The position numbers were made by a program, and so were the translations under genes. Shown here piece by piece: positions 30,847 to 40,301 of a stretch of DNA of 64,000 nt (the first letter of the stretch is position 1; the number at the start of each line of letters is the position of its first letter). The DNA is taken from the NCBI GenBank assembly GCA_965199495.1, contig CBDASK010000003.1, positions 4,576,001-4,640,000 of the forward strand, read 5' to 3'. Under the pieces are notes generated by a model. It had not been told where the DNA came from, did not search any database, and saw nothing but the letters and a program-made list of their open reading frames with translations. This DNA is from Abditibacterium sp. Lineage in GTDB: Bacteria; Armatimonadota; Abditibacteriia; Abditibacteriales; Abditibacteriaceae.

Positions 30847-31636
30847 ATGAAAAATTTCATATTTTCAACGCCCGCTCGCGGTGCGTTTCCCCGTCGCGCG
30901 TCCGCATTCACCCTTGTGGAGTTGCTGGTTGTCATCGCGATTATCGCCATTTTGGCGGCGATTCTGTTTCCCGTTTTCGCCCGCGCCCGCGAAAACGCGC
31001 GCCGCGCCAGTTGCCTAAGCAATCTCAAACAAATCGGCATTGGCTTCATGCAATACACGCAGGATTACGACGAGCAAGGCCCGATGACTTCGATGTCCGG
31101 CGGCATGATGGCGGGCGGCGCCTATTCATGGACGACTTCAACGCAGCCCTATATCAAGAGCGTGCAGATTTTCCGATGTCCATCCGACAGCGCCGCGCGT
31201 TGGAACGCGCCCAACTTGCCGCCCGCCGCCCCGCCCTACACCACGAGTTACGTGTTCAACTCGTGGTTCGCGCCCGACAAAAAAGACCCGGCAACGGGCG
31301 CGGTCAATGGTTACTCGAACCTCGCCAAAGTGCAAGAACCTTCGCGCTCGATTATTCTGTCGGAAAAAGCCGACTTGACAGAGGGTTCGATGCTCGCCGA
31401 CGCCGACCATTTTCATCCGATGTATTGGGGCGCCACGCCCGAAGAAACTTCGGCGATGATGAGCGGTCTGGGACGGCGCCAACAATGTACCCGCAGAACT
31501 GGCGGTCAAGCGCCATCTGGAGGGCTTCAATAACCTCTACGCCGACGGCCACGCCAAGTGGAATCGTTTTGAGCAACTCACCAGTTACCCCAACGCCGAT
31601 CCGGTCGTGGCCGAAGGCAATTTTCGCCCGCGCTAA
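30847..31636 (+). pseudogene. DUF1559 prepilin-type protein, frameshifted near 31468
   Basis: [15 protein letters not shown]-terminus; the [17 protein letters not shown] motif continues in another frame to TAA 31636. Confidence 0.85.
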
Positions 31637-31640
31637 ACCG

Positions 31641-32378
31641 ATGAAAAATTTCAAATCTCGGCAATTTCGACAAAAAGCATTTACGCTCGTGGAATTGCTC
31701 GTCGTCATCGCAATAATCGCCATTCTCGCGGCGATCCTGTTTCCCGTTTTCGCCCGCGCTCGCGAAAACGCGCGCCGCACTTCTTGTTTGTCCAATCTCA
31801 AACAAATCGGCTTGGCCTATATGCAATACACGCAGGATTACGACGAGCATTATCCTTTGGCCTCGCAGCCAACGGCGCCGACTTCGTGGACGGAAACCGT
31901 GCAGCCTTACGTCAAAAACTTTCAAATCTTCCGTTGCCCCAACGACAACAGCCAGAACTGGACGGCGCCGCTCGCCAGTCCCAACTTCGAGCAGCAGGGT
32001 TTGCGCGTCTCGTCGTACTTCATGAACCTGTGGATTGACGGCAGGCGGCAATACCAAAGCATGGCTTCGATGCAAAGCCCGGCGAGCGTCATTTACGCTA
32101 GCGAAAGCACGGACAATTTAACGCGCGACAACTTTTTTCCGGTCTATTGGAACTCCGCCGATCCGCTCAACACGCCGGGCGCGATGACGACGTTCATGCA
32201 AAACATGACTTTTGACAACACCAAAAACATCACCAAAGAACTGGCGCTCAACAGGCACGGCGAAGGCATGAACAACCTTTACGCCGACGGCCACGCCAAG
32301 TTTGGGCGCTGGTCGCAACTCTGGTTTCAAGACTCGGCGCGCGGCGTCTACGAAGGCGCCTTTGACCCGCGCCAGTAA
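31641..32378 (+). CDS. DUF1559 prepilin-type protein
   Basis: [30 protein letters not shown]. Confidence 0.92.
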   Translation: MKNFKSRQFRQKAFTLVELLVVIAIIAILAAILFPVFARARENARRTSCLSNLKQIGLAYMQYTQDYDEHYPLASQPTAPTSWTETVQPYVKNFQIFRCPNDNSQNWTAPLASPNFEQQGLRVSSYFMNLWIDGRRQYQSMASMQSPASVIYASESTDNLTRDNFFPVYWNSADPLNTPGAMTTFMQNMTFDNTKNITKELALNRHGEGMNNLYADGHAKFGRWSQLWFQDSARGVYEGAFDPRQ

Positions 32379-32423
32379 TCACATCAAATCGCGGCGACTT
32401 CATGTCGTCGCGCCAATTTTCCC

Positions 32424-33332
32424 ATGAAAAACCTTCTTTTCGCCAGCCTTTTGCTGGCTGCTTCTGCAACGGTGACGTTCGCCCAAACCACCAAACCCGC
32501 CATGACAATGCCCGCCAAAGCCGACAAGACGCGCAACGTCGCGTTTCTGATTTACGATGGCGTCGAATCGCTCGATTTGGGCGGGCCGCTCGATGTGTTC
32601 GTCAAGGCCAACGAAATCACTGGCGGTGGCTATAACGTCTACACGGTCGGTCTCACGCATGACATGGTGCAAGCGCAATCGCAGACTTTCGGCATCACGC
32701 CCAAGTTTTCGATGGACGACGCGCCCAAACCCGACATCATCATCGTGCCCGGCGCCGCGAGCGAGCGGACAATCGAAGTCGGCCAAAACCCGCGCGTGCA
32801 GAACTGGCTCAAAGCCAACGCGTCGCCCGCGCAAACCGTGATGTCAGTTTGCACGGGCGCCTTCGTCGTGGGCGCCGCCGGATTGTTCGATGGTAAAGAG
32901 GCCACGACGCACTATCTGTTGCAGCCGCAATTTGCCACGCAATTTCCGCTCGCTAAAACTTACGGTGGCGTGCGTTACGTTGACGCGGGCAACGTTCATT
33001 CGGCGGCGGGCGTGTCGTCGGGCATTGACGGAGCGCTGCATTTGGTCGAACAGTTCAGCGGCAAAGCCGCCGCCGACCGCGTGGCGCGCGTGCTGCAATA
33101 TCGCCGCGACACGCCGGTTTTTCCCGCCGCCGTCAAAGCGCGCGTGCAAGGCGCCTCCGCTAACGCCAAGCCGTTGGCGCTGAATAACACCGACCCAGTT
33201 TGCGGCATGAAAGTCAGCCCCAACACGCCCAACACTTTTGTCTATAACGGGAAAACCTACGGCTTTTGCTCACCAGAATGTTGCGACGAATTCAAAGCCG
33301 ATCCCGCCAAATATCTGGCGAAAAGCAAATAG
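32424..33332 (+). CDS. Exported DJ-1/PfpI family protein with C-terminal YHS domain
   Basis: SVCTGAF, AGVSSGID; DPVCGM...YGFCSPEC. Confidence 0.9.
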   Translation: MKNLLFASLLLAASATVTFAQTTKPAMTMPAKADKTRNVAFLIYDGVESLDLGGPLDVFVKANEITGGGYNVYTVGLTHDMVQAQSQTFGITPKFSMDDAPKPDIIIVPGAASERTIEVGQNPRVQNWLKANASPAQTVMSVCTGAFVVGAAGLFDGKEATTHYLLQPQFATQFPLAKTYGGVRYVDAGNVHSAAGVSSGIDGALHLVEQFSGKAAADRVARVLQYRRDTPVFPAAVKARVQGASANAKPLALNNTDPVCGMKVSPNTPNTFVYNGKTYGFCSPECCDEFKADPAKYLAKSK

Positions 33333-33366
33333 CAACTTTAATTGTTTCAACAAAACATTTCAAACC

Positions 33367-33831
33367 ATGAAAATCACTTCTCTTTTTCTCGCCCTCTTTG
33401 CCGTGGCTCTGACGGGCTGCGGCTCGAAAACAGCCGAAACGCCAAGCGCGCCCGAAACCGTCGAGAATACGGTCGCGCCCGCCGATTCTGTGGCAGCAAC
33501 GCCCGCCATGAAACCGATGACTAAAATGGCTCCAACGGTTCAACTAACACCAAACAACGCGAACCCCGACACCACCAAATATCGCGTGCGCGGGCAAGTC
33601 GTCGGAACCGAAAAATCCATCGGCGATGGGCGCATGACTCTCAACGTCAAGCACGAAAACATTGTCGGCTTTATGCCCGCGATGGAAATGCGCATGCCCT
33701 TCGCTAACGCCGCCGATGCCCAAAAAGTCAAAGCGGGCGACAAAATCGCCTTCGATTTGAAACGAAATAATCTCGAAGTCTCGAACTTTCAAGTGCTGCC
33801 GCCTTCGACGCCATTGAAACTGGGCAAATAA
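33367..33831 (+). CDS. CusF-like copper-binding lipoprotein
   Basis: Lipobox LTGC; VKHENIVGFMPAMEM. Confidence 0.8.
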   Translation: MKITSLFLALFAVALTGCGSKTAETPSAPETVENTVAPADSVAATPAMKPMTKMAPTVQLTPNNANPDTTKYRVRGQVVGTEKSIGDGRMTLNVKHENIVGFMPAMEMRMPFANAADAQKVKAGDKIAFDLKRNNLEVSNFQVLPPSTPLKLGK

Positions 33832-33870
33832 AACAAAAGCCGCGTTCAAAACGAACGTGGCTTTTGTTTT
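33832..33870. terminator. Bidirectional intrinsic terminator
   Basis: AACAAAAGCCGCGTTC..GAACGTGGCTTTTGTT between convergent genes. Confidence 0.75.
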
Positions 33871-34514
33871 CAAACCAAGTTTGGCTTCGACTCGGCGAAC
33901 CAACACCGCATGAAATATAAACCCAAAACCGCGCCAAATACCAAGTGCGCGGCGAGCGTAATCGGGACGAACAGTTTCATCGGCATGTGCAAGCCGAGAT
34001 AAACGTAATAGGGCGACAACAGCAGAAATATCTCGACGCCCGTCGCCCACGCGATGCAAACCCAAAATCGCGTCATCGGCCTGGCTCCCAGGGGAATCAT
34101 CGCCAGCGCCATGATGCCCAGCGCCATGCCGTTTTGGAAATGATAAGCCCAACCCACGATTTGCACCGGCAACGAATGGTCGCCCTGAACCAAATGTCCG
34201 TAGAGCAACAACTGGCCGAATTGAGGGAACACATCGAACAACGGTTTGCCCGCCAAAACGAACGGCACGCGAAACACGTCATAAACCACGGCGGCCAACA
34301 ATCCGGCGAGGGCGCCCTGAATCACGATAAAACGCGTTTGCGCGTCGCCGCGCATTCCAAGGTAAATCAGGATGAGCGTGGCGGGCAATAAAACAATCGG
34401 CGTGAAGGTCTTCATGGACCAAAAGCCGTAGAAATGGCCGAGCAACGCCGCAAACGACAGCGAAGCCAACGCCCACAAAACTGGGCGCGATTGAAGAAAA
34501 GAACGGAAATTCAT
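33870..34514 (-). CDS. Hypothetical polytopic membrane protein
   Basis: About 6 TM segments; YDVFR, YHFQNG, AHLVFG. Confidence 0.75.
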   Translation of the reverse strand: MNFRSFLQSRPVLWALASLSFAALLGHFYGFWSMKTFTPIVLLPATLILIYLGMRGDAQTRFIVIQGALAGLLAAVVYDVFRVPFVLAGKPLFDVFPQFGQLLLYGHLVQGDHSLPVQIVGWAYHFQNGMALGIMALAMIPLGARPMTRFWVCIAWATGVEIFLLLSPYYVYLGLHMPMKLFVPITLAAHLVFGAVLGLYFMRCWFAESKPNLV

Positions 34515-34584
34515 GGCGGCGCACAAGTTTAATGGCTCAGATTCAAAACGCGAATACGAATCTCCTTACTTTTCAATTTCGGCT

Positions 34585-35568
34585 CTATTCATCGCGCTTT
34601 TCCAAATCTACTCGCCCGGCGTGGCTGCTGTTATCAGCCACGCCATCCAAACGTGCGCCACTGAGATATTCCGCCATCAATTTATTGCCGTCGCCATTGG
34701 GGTCGCGGCGCGCCAGACCGAAATCGAACGTGCGAATCGGGAACGGAATCGTGATGCCCGCCGCATCCAAAGCGGGTTTGGCCTGACGCAAAACTTCGCC
34801 CCGACTGTAAATCACGTCTTTTTGATAGGGCGAACTGATCCACCAAAACATTTGAATATCAATCGAACTATCGTTAAAATTGACCACGAACGCGTCTGGT
34901 TCGGGCGTATCCAAAACGCTGGGCGCGTGGCGCATCACTTCTTCCAACACGCCGATGGCTTTTTCGATATCGTCGTCATACGAAATGCCAATGACGTGTT
35001 CCAAACGGCGCGTCTCGAACGCGGTATTGACCGTGACCAAACCAGTAAATAAATCGGAGTTGGGCACGACGACGCGGCGCCCGTCATAGGTGCGAATCAG
35101 CGTGGCGCGCGTTTGAATATCTTCGACGGTGCCTTCCAAATCCTTGGTCGCGATTTGGTCGCCGATGCGAAACGGTTGATTCAAAAGTAATAAAATTCCG
35201 GCCAGAAAGTTTTGCAGAATATCGCGAAAAGCAAAGCCAATCGCGACCGAGCCGACGCCCAAAATCGAGAAGAGTTGTCCGACGGTAAAGCCGGGAATCG
35301 CGATAACTGAAGCGACTAAAGCGCCGGTTAGAATCGCAAAGCCCTGCCCCAATCTGCCGATGACCAAGCCGACATTGGAATGGCGCCCGGCGCGATGCGA
35401 AATGCGTTTGGCGAGGCGCCGCGTCATGCGCCCGACGAAGTAAAACAGGAAGAAAACGAAAACTCCCAACACGATGTAGGGCGCGCGGTCAATAATGCCA
35501 AACAGCAAATTATTGATCGAGATTTGGGCTTTTTCAATGGCTTCTTGCATAAAAAGAGGTGGGCGCAT
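34585..35568 (-). CDS. MscS mechanosensitive channel family protein
   Basis: IGFAFRDILQNFLAG, PFRIGD, VVVPN, IPFP. Confidence 0.92.
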   Translation of the reverse strand: MRPPLFMQEAIEKAQISINNLLFGIIDRAPYIVLGVFVFFLFYFVGRMTRRLAKRISHRAGRHSNVGLVIGRLGQGFAILTGALVASVIAIPGFTVGQLFSILGVGSVAIGFAFRDILQNFLAGILLLLNQPFRIGDQIATKDLEGTVEDIQTRATLIRTYDGRRVVVPNSDLFTGLVTVNTAFETRRLEHVIGISYDDDIEKAIGVLEEVMRHAPSVLDTPEPDAFVVNFNDSSIDIQMFWWISSPYQKDVIYSRGEVLRQAKPALDAAGITIPFPIRTFDFGLARRDPNGDGNKLMAEYLSGARLDGVADNSSHAGRVDLEKRDE

Positions 35569-35707
35569 CAGTCGGGCGCATCACAAGTATCGCGCGGCAT
35601 GAGCTTACAACAAGCGCACAGCGACGTAAAATACGTCACGAAGTTTTGGAACAGAAAACGGAATACCAACGTCAATCGAGACACTTCTTCGCGGAGAACT
35701 TTCCACC

Positions 35708-36790
35708 ATGAAAATCAAATTTCCCACAGTCGCTCCCTTAATCGTCGTGGTCGGCGGCGCGCTCGCGGGGTGTTTTTGCCCGCCCGCCCACGCATTACCC
35801 GCCGCCAAATGGGATAACCCCGCCGACGACCGCAACGTTTTGAATCCGGGGCTTTCGCTGGCTGATGCCATCATGAACGACAAACGCGCGCCCAACGGCA
35901 TGACGCGCGATCCGCTCACTCAAGGCACCGCCGATTATTTGATGACGGCGTTCGAGTGGGTGTTTCAGTTGCAGATGACGCCCGCCGAGCGCGCCGAATT
36001 CACGCGTCGCTTGAGCGACGATTGGATCAACGGTGCGCATCCGAGCGGCGCGCCCGGAGCTTTCGCCATCGCCGAGTTTCGCGCGCCGATTGACGAGTTC
36101 ATGCCCAAAGACCAAATCACGCCCTGGCACCGCGCTCTGGCGCGCCCCAAACAATTGGCGGCTTTGCAACAACTCGCCGTAACCGATACCCGTAACGGCC
36201 CGTGGCTGCTGAGTCTTTATAACAAATATCATCCCGCGCTCGCGCCGGGCGAGCCGCGTTTGACTAACCTCACGACCAACGCTCTGGCTGAGCAGGTCGT
36301 ATGGATGATTAATCAGGTCATCGGCAAACAGGCCGCCAAAGTCACGCCCGATTTGCAAAAACGCATCGCTGGCGAGATGGTCGCGCTGTGGCCCAAACTC
36401 ACGCCCGCACGCCGCGCCCAGTATCTCAAATCGGAGCCGGACTTTTACTATTTGCGGCAGGACGGTTGGGGTTATCTGACCGAGACCACGCGCGAAGAAT
36501 CGCGCATCCAGTGGGGCGCCGAACTTCAGGATTCGTTTCCCGCTGTCAAGCCGATGTATCTCAAGCGCAAAGCCGCGCTGCAAGCCGCCAAAGCCAAACG
36601 CGCCGCGCAGTGGGCCAAAATGACGCCCGCGCAAAGGCAAATCGTGCTGATGCAAATGCAAAATCAAATGCAGATGAACCAAACTATGATGGCCTCGATG
36701 CAGCGCATGCAAATGGAAAATCACGCGACTAACATGAATATCATCGAAAATATGCGGCCCAACCCGCAGTATTATTATTCGGTGAAGTGA
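35708..36790 (+). CDS. Hypothetical exported protein with Met/Gln/Asn-rich C-terminus
   Basis: Signal-like N-terminus; ECF-like GGAAC-N17-CGTC at 35648-35673. Confidence 0.7.
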   Translation: MKIKFPTVAPLIVVVGGALAGCFCPPAHALPAAKWDNPADDRNVLNPGLSLADAIMNDKRAPNGMTRDPLTQGTADYLMTAFEWVFQLQMTPAERAEFTRRLSDDWINGAHPSGAPGAFAIAEFRAPIDEFMPKDQITPWHRALARPKQLAALQQLAVTDTRNGPWLLSLYNKYHPALAPGEPRLTNLTTNALAEQVVWMINQVIGKQAAKVTPDLQKRIAGEMVALWPKLTPARRAQYLKSEPDFYYLRQDGWGYLTETTREESRIQWGAELQDSFPAVKPMYLKRKAALQAAKAKRAAQWAKMTPAQRQIVLMQMQNQMQMNQTMMASMQRMQMENHATNMNIIENMRPNPQYYYSVK

Positions 36791-36803
36791 AATTGGCCGA
36801 AAA

Positions 36804-37055
36804 TCAACGGTTTTTGCTCGAATTCTTCCACACCACGACAACAAGCATGGCCGTCACCAGAAATCCCACGAAGGTTCCGAGCAACAGGCCCAAAAGCGCG
36901 TTGCCCGAACCTTCGAGTCCCTGCCCGAAAGTGCCATTGGCGCGGTCGAAATGTTCGCCTACTGTTGAACCCGCGTAACAGCCACCAAACGTGCCCATAC
37001 CCAGCGCAAGCAACGCCAAACCGATGGCCAGCACGTTTTTCCAGATTTGGTTCAT
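36804..37055 (-). CDS. Small membrane protein
   Basis: Two hydrophobic segments; GAGA RBS-like sequence. Confidence 0.55.
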   Translation of the reverse strand: MNQIWKNVLAIGLALLALGMGTFGGCYAGSTVGEHFDRANGTFGQGLEGSGNALLGLLLGTFVGFLVTAMLVVVVWKNSSKNR

Positions 37056-37073
37056 AGCGTTTCTCTCGTAAAC

Positions 37074-37112
37074 AAAACGCGGCCCGCTCCAAAAAGAGCG
37101 GGCCGCGTTTTT
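37074..37112 (-). terminator. Intrinsic terminator after argG
   Basis: AAAACGCGGCCCGCTC..GAGCGGGCCGCGTTTT. Confidence 0.8.
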
Positions 37113-37114
37113 GA

Positions 37115-38350
37115 TTATTTCATGCCATCTGTCAAAATCGGCAAATCGGTCGCGCCGCCCGAAAGTTGATATTTGGTCTGCGTTTGCAGTGGCAAACCCC
37201 ACAACTTGATAAAGCCCATCGCGGCTTCCTGATCGAAGTTGTCGCCTTCGTCGTAAGTCGCCAAATCGTGACGATACAACGATTTCGGCGACTGGCGGCC
37301 AACGACCATCGAACTGCCTTTATACAATTTCAACTTCACGCTGCCGACGACGTGGCGCTGCGACGATTGCACGAACGCGCGCAAATCCTGATGTAAGGCC
37401 GAAAACCACAGGCCGTTGTAAATCATCTCGGAAATCTGCGCCGAAACCATTTGTTTGAAACGCGCCTGATCGCGCGACAGGCACATATCTTCCAATTCCT
37501 GATGCGCTTGCAACAGCAGAATCGCGGCGGGCGCTTCGTAAATTTCGCGTGATTTGATGCCGACCAAACGGTTTTCGACGTGATCAATGCGGCCAACGCC
37601 GTGTTCGCCACCGATTTGATTCAGGCGATTAACGAGCTGCACGCTATCCATCGTTTCGCCATCGAGAGAAATCGGAATGCCGTTCTCGAAACCGATTTCG
37701 ACGACTTCGGCTTTGTCGGGCGCGTCTTCGGGATGCTTCGTCCACAACCAGACATCGCGGGGCGGTTCGACATACGGGTCTTCCAAAATGCCCGCTTCAA
37801 TCGAGCGGCCCCACATATTCACGTCGGTCGAATACGGACTATTAACCGTGGCGGGAATCGGGATATTATTGACGCGCGCGTATTCGATTTCGGCGGGACG
37901 CGACAGTTTCCATTCGCGAACCGGCGCAATGATTTGCAATTCCGGGTCGAGCGCCGTGACCGAAACATCCAAGCGCACCTGATCGTTGCCTTTGCCGGTG
38001 CAACCGTGCGCCACGGCTTTGGCGCCGACTTCATGAGCCACGTCCACCAACAACTTCGCGATTAAAGGGCGCCCAATGGCGGTCGCGAGCGGATAAACCT
38101 TTTCATACATCGCGCCCGCTTGGAGGGCGGGAAAGGCGAAATACTGCAAGAACAAATCGCGCGCGTCAATGACTTTCGCGTCAATGGCGCCGACATCCAA
38201 AGCGCGTTGGCGAATGGCGGGCAAGTCGGGTTCGGAACCGAGATCAATCGTCAGGGCGACGACATCGTAATCGTAATTTTCCTGAATCCACTTGATGGCG
38301 ACCGAAGTATCGAGGCCGCCCGAATAGGCGAGAACAACTTTATCTTTCAT
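37115..38350 (-). CDS. argG: Argininosuccinate synthase
   Basis: LAYSGGLDTS, HGCTGKGNDQVR, GIKSREIYEAP. Confidence 0.97.
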   Translation of the reverse strand: MKDKVVLAYSGGLDTSVAIKWIQENYDYDVVALTIDLGSEPDLPAIRQRALDVGAIDAKVIDARDLFLQYFAFPALQAGAMYEKVYPLATAIGRPLIAKLLVDVAHEVGAKAVAHGCTGKGNDQVRLDVSVTALDPELQIIAPVREWKLSRPAEIEYARVNNIPIPATVNSPYSTDVNMWGRSIEAGILEDPYVEPPRDVWLWTKHPEDAPDKAEVVEIGFENGIPISLDGETMDSVQLVNRLNQIGGEHGVGRIDHVENRLVGIKSREIYEAPAAILLLQAHQELEDMCLSRDQARFKQMVSAQISEMIYNGLWFSALHQDLRAFVQSSQRHVVGSVKLKLYKGSSMVVGRQSPKSLYRHDLATYDEGDNFDQEAAMGFIKLWGLPLQTQTKYQLSGGATDLPILTDGMK

Positions 38351-38374
38351 GTTTTTATTGAGGGAAAGCGAGTT

Positions 38375-38587
38375 TTAAAGGTCGCGATTTTTCTGTTTAT
38401 CCGCTTCTTGTTGCGCGGAGATTTCTTCGAGACGCACGCGATGGCGACGCATCTCTTCGTCATTGCGCGTGAGTTGCTTGTGCATATCGGCCAAACGTTG
38501 CTGCGTCTGAGTGAGGCGCGCGACCAAAGCCATCATCACGCCGACGGCGAAAAAGAGGATGACAAAAATCAAAATGACTTTGAACAT
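38375..38587 (-). CDS. Small single-TM coiled-coil protein
   Basis: Co-oriented ORF between argF and argG. Confidence 0.55.
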   Translation of the reverse strand: MFKVILIFVILFFAVGVMMALVARLTQTQQRLADMHKQLTRNDEEMRRHRVRLEEISAQQEADKQKNRDL

Positions 38588-38600
38588 GGCGAACAGTTAA

Positions 38601-38740
38601 ACCGATTTTATCTCGCGCAGAGACGCGGAGGTGCAGAGAGGGAAGAGAAATTAAAAAATAATCGCTTAAATTGTGCTTCAAAGTTTGATTTTGCTTTGTT
38701 TTCTCTGCGTCTTTGCGTCTCTGCGCGAGATAAAATCGGT
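38601..38740. repeat. Inverted repeat (CGCAGAGACGC family)
   Basis: ACCGATTTTATCTCGCGCAGAGACGC / GCGTCTCTGCGCGAGATAAAATCGGT. Confidence 0.9.
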
Positions 38741-39651
38741 CAATGAACCATCAAATTGAGCAACACCGCTTTTTGCGCGTGCAACCGGTTTTCGGCCTGT
38801 TGAAAAACGCGCGATTGCGCGCCCTCGAAAACGTCTTCGGTGATTTCTTCGCCGCGATGCGCGGGCAAACAATGCAGCAAAATCGCGCTGTCGTTGGCGG
38901 CATTCATCAATTTCGCGTTGATCTGATAAGGTGGAAAAACCTTCAATCGTTTGACGCTCTCGTCTTCTTGTCCCATCGAAGTCCATACATCGGTATAAAC
39001 CGCGTCGGCGCCTTTCACCGCCTCGAATGGATCGGTCGTAATTTCGACGTTGCCCATCGTTTGCGATTGCTTAACGATTTGCGCGTCGGGTTCGTAGCCC
39101 GGCGGCGTGGCTGCACTGAAGTCAACGCCAACTTTGGCGCACAGCAGCATCAAACTATGACAAACGTTGTTGCCGTCGCCGATGTAAGCGATTTTGCGGC
39201 CTTCCAATCCTTTGTCTTCTTCCATCAAAGTCAGCAAATCGGCCAGCGCCTGACACGGATGTTCGATGTCGCACAACGCATTAATCACGGGAACATCGCT
39301 CCATTTGGCGAGTTCGACCAGCGTTTGATTTTGAAAAACGCGCGCCATAATCGCCTGCGTCATGCCGCTCAACACGCGAGCCACGTCGGCGATAGATTCG
39401 CGCGTGCCCAGACCAATATCGTTGGGCGCCAGATAAATCGCGCCGCCGCCGCACTGGCGCATCGCGGCGTCGAACGAAACGCGCGTGCGAAGCGAGGGCT
39501 TCTCGAAAATCATCGCGAGCGTCTGGCCCGGCAGATATTTGAGTTGCAATGCCGGATTCGCGCGATATTCGATTTTCAAACGCTGCGCCTCGTTCAAAAG
39601 TGCGAGCGCATCGTCGCGCGAAAGGTCGTTGATGGAGAGAAAATTTTTCAT
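38740..39651 (-). CDS. argF: Ornithine carbamoyltransferase
   Basis: FEKPSLRTR, HPCQALAD, YTDVWTSMG, HCLP. Confidence 0.95.
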   Translation of the reverse strand: MKNFLSINDLSRDDALALLNEAQRLKIEYRANPALQLKYLPGQTLAMIFEKPSLRTRVSFDAAMRQCGGGAIYLAPNDIGLGTRESIADVARVLSGMTQAIMARVFQNQTLVELAKWSDVPVINALCDIEHPCQALADLLTLMEEDKGLEGRKIAYIGDGNNVCHSLMLLCAKVGVDFSAATPPGYEPDAQIVKQSQTMGNVEITTDPFEAVKGADAVYTDVWTSMGQEDESVKRLKVFPPYQINAKLMNAANDSAILLHCLPAHRGEEITEDVFEGAQSRVFQQAENRLHAQKAVLLNLMVH

Positions 39652-40226
39652 ACATTCCACGGAAGCTCGGAGCCAAACAAGACAGCCCAGGTCACGATTC
39701 CAATTACGCCATCGACTTTGGGCAGACTGGAATCGCGCATCGAACTCGATTCTCGCTGATTGGCGCGCACCGCGCGTTCAGTTTCAAATCCGAAGATGCC
39801 GTCCACCTTGAGATCGGCGAACATCGGCTCGGCCACATGATTTGTTGTCTCGCGAAGAAAAATTTGAGCCGCTCGCACGGCATCGCCTCGGTCGCCACGC
39901 TTGACAACGCGCACCAGTTTAGGAAAAGTTCGTGACCCAACGACGCCATCAGCTTTCAAACCTTTGCTGCGCTGGAAATCTTTCACCGCCGCCACCGTTT
40001 GCGCACCGAAAACCCCATCGGGTTGCGATTTATAAAATCCTCGCGAGCGCAGCAGAAATTGAATTGCTTTCACTTCGGGCACATTTTTTTTGCTCGAAGT
40101 CTGCTTAAAAGTCGGCCACTGAATTTTGCTCTGGAAACTGGCGGGCGCGGCAACAACGCGCGGAGTTACAAAAGGCGCGGCGAGAAACGCCGTGGTCACT
40201 ACGAAAAAGAGCGCGAATTTTTTCAT
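39648..40226 (-). CDS. Peptidoglycan-binding domain protein
   Basis: Two DGxFG..T..AV..Q..DGxxG repeats; signal peptide. Confidence 0.85.
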   Translation of the reverse strand: MKKFALFFVVTTAFLAAPFVTPRVVAAPASFQSKIQWPTFKQTSSKKNVPEVKAIQFLLRSRGFYKSQPDGVFGAQTVAAVKDFQRSKGLKADGVVGSRTFPKLVRVVKRGDRGDAVRAAQIFLRETTNHVAEPMFADLKVDGIFGFETERAVRANQRESSSMRDSSLPKVDGVIGIVTWAVLFGSELPWNV

Positions 40227-40301
40227 TAGGATTTGATAAGGAGCGATTTGAGAACCAAGAGAGACGTTCCTACTTTGTTAAACGTCGCTTTAAACTCGCC
40301 G

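Noticed and set aside
31536..32300. Near-identical stretches between tandem DUF1559 genes as a DGR template/variable pair
   Set aside because: Explained by conserved paralogous motifs; no reverse transcriptase and no adenine-specific mismatch pattern seen
31011..32378. 455-aa ORF as a single protein
   Set aside because: Its upstream part is an off-frame shadow of the first DUF1559 gene; the real start is ATG 31641
35795..39759. Long antisense ORFs (e.g. 35795-36844, 38743-39759)
   Set aside because: Shadow frames of GC-rich genes with no recognisable motifs
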